Assembly (NCBI GenBank): GCA_905250885.1
Contig: CAJNOQ010003215.1
Location: forward strand, 1-20,977
DNA length: 20,977 bases
Source: Didymodactylos carnosus
Lineage: Eukaryota
Direction: 5' to 3'
A program made the translations under genes and the position numbers. Below, piece after piece: positions 19,890-20,977 of the stretch. Within the stretch, counting starts at the first letter, position 1; every line of letters starts with the position of its first letter. The notes beneath the pieces are model-generated. The model saw only the letters and a program-made list of their open reading frames with translations. It was not told the DNA's origin and ran no database searches.

Positions 19890-20048
19890 CCGAAGTAGTA
19901 ATTTAGAACCAAGTTCATTTGGTAACATATTTTTAACACGTGTTATTTTTGGCATTAATGCAATCCGATTGTAATATGTAGAAAAGAGTTGTTGTTGCTC
20001 ATTTACATCGTCACTAAACATATATTGTATAGTTGTTTGATTTGCACT
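19890..20048 (-). CDS. PARP4: PARP4-like exon (linker before the helical domain): SANQTTIQYMFSDDVNEQQQLFSTYYNRIALMPKITRVKNMLPNELGSKLLLR
   Basis: 53 open codons bounded by acceptor ttcttaatttag| and consensus donor |gtatgt. It enters and leaves in phase 0, so it joins the next exon in frame. A 64-nt intron follows. The alternative acceptor 2 nt downstream (ttagag|) cannot be excluded. Confidence 0.55.
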
Positions 20049-20327
20049 CTAAATTAAGAAAATAGTATTATTTTGAATTAACAGAACAGTCTACAATGTC
20101 ACTCTATCTGAAAACAAGGACTGTAAGCCCGCGTCTCACCCTGATCACCTATTTTTACGATCTGGAACCAGCTCTTTCTAACTATGCATTCCGCATAGAG
20201 AATATGCTAGAAAAGACTACTAGACCAACATTTTTCTTTATGTGTCACATCTACCAATCGTAGCTCAATTAAAAAAGTGTTAGCTCTCTCCGTGGATCTT
20301 CTGCTAAGAACATGGAAAAGGATGCTA

Positions 20328-20526
20328 CTATATGAATTGTAAGTTTCTAGATAAAATGTTTAGAGTTTTTCTTGGGTTCAAAAAAACGTTTGTAAGAATC
20401 GACAACAGTGTTTGATAATCGGCATTTAATGGAGCTTTTAACCATGTATTCAGAATTTTGTACCGCTTCCATTGAAGAGCATTAAACTTATCTTTAAAAG
20501 GTACAGAAGGAATGGCGGAGGATAAG
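20328..20526 (-). CDS. Candidate upstream exon of the PARP4-like gene in a poorly conserved linker region; boundaries unresolved
   Basis: A minus-strand frame is open across the ORF-track hit 20328..20555. A candidate acceptor (ctag|CTTATCC) sits at about 20526 and a weak phase-0 donor (AAC|gttttt) would join exon 19890..20048 in frame. No family motif is recognisable, and the implied upstream intron of 39 nt is suspicious. Confidence 0.25.
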
Positions 20527-20977
20527 CTAGTATCGAGCACCCCAATAAAACTCAATGAAACTTACGTATTCAGAATCAGCGTAAAATTCTGAGTATTTTA
20601 TCCGTCTCACTTTTCCAAAAATCGCATTTGGATTTTTATCGAAAAATTTAAGGGCAAAGGTCTCTTGGAACATCGAAAAACTTTTTTCCGCTAAAATTTT
20701 CGAAACACACCTTTTCTGGCTCAGAATTTTGTTCTGATCACGAATATGGGATCTAAAGTTAGAAAACGTAAATATTTCGTGGAGTTGAATGCCAAAAACT
20801 GAAGGTTGGTCAAGGTCAGCCCAATTGATAGTTTGCAGGTTTTCACGGAGAAAGAGTCATTCAAAAACTTGCAACTAAACAGTTATTGGTGAAACTAGTT
20901 GCTCTATCGAAATATGTAATCAAAAATGCAGTGTGAGCGTATTTTGAGCAAAAATATTAAGAAAAAGAGGAAAAATA

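Noticed and set aside
20560-20760. Possible further upstream PARP4 exon beyond the donor-like 'ctgaatac|gtaagt' at 20566
   Set aside because: The surrounding sequence is low-complexity (ttttcgaaaattttagcggaaaaaag...), carries stops in all minus-strand frames within short distances, and would imply a 39-nt intron. I retained it only as a weak candidate (20328-20526) and did not build an exon here.
1-20977. Prokaryotic defence or novel-system content (CRISPR arrays, operons, toxin-antitoxin pairs), which the ORF track invites
   Set aside because: The sequence has GT-AG introns, polypyrimidine acceptors, metazoan protein homologies split across exons, and dispersed MITE/SINE-like repeats. The tandem arrays lack the uniform repeat-spacer geometry of CRISPR. 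No operon-like ORF packing exists.

Overview
This window is AT-rich, intron-containing eukaryotic (metazoan) DNA, not a prokaryotic island. No defence system, CRISPR array, rRNA or convincing tRNA gene is visible. I rejected most of the six-frame ORF hits as artefacts of repeats or intron sequence.

The main feature is a large multi-exon gene on the minus strand, spanning at least about 5.4 to 20.0 kb and probably continuing past the 3' window edge. Its spliced translation gives, in order, a PARP alpha-helical regulatory domain, a PARP catalytic (ADP-ribosyltransferase) domain, a VIT domain and a von Willebrand factor A (VWA) domain. That combination is diagnostic of PARP4, the vault poly(ADP-ribose) polymerase. 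I reconstructed 17 exons with consistent splice phases and one stop codon. All splice sites are GT...AG, and four tiny introns (57-64 nt) alternate with kilobase-scale introns packed with repeats.

Downstream on the same strand are the first two exons of a calmodulin-like EF-hand gene. Its remaining exons are not in the window.

Introns and intergenic DNA carry at least four foldback/MITE-type inverted-repeat elements, a roughly 1 kb element with 37-bp terminal inverted repeats, a tRNA-head SINE-like candidate, a (GGACTC)n microsatellite and several tandem arrays. One of these is a palindromic CCAAT-like array upstream of the calmodulin-like gene.

The most notable detail is in the PARP catalytic domain. 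The residue aligned with the PARP1 catalytic glutamate reads Asn, giving an H-Y-N motif instead of H-Y-E. Every call here is by-eye translation and memory-based comparison with family members, with no database search. Exon boundaries may be off by a few bases.
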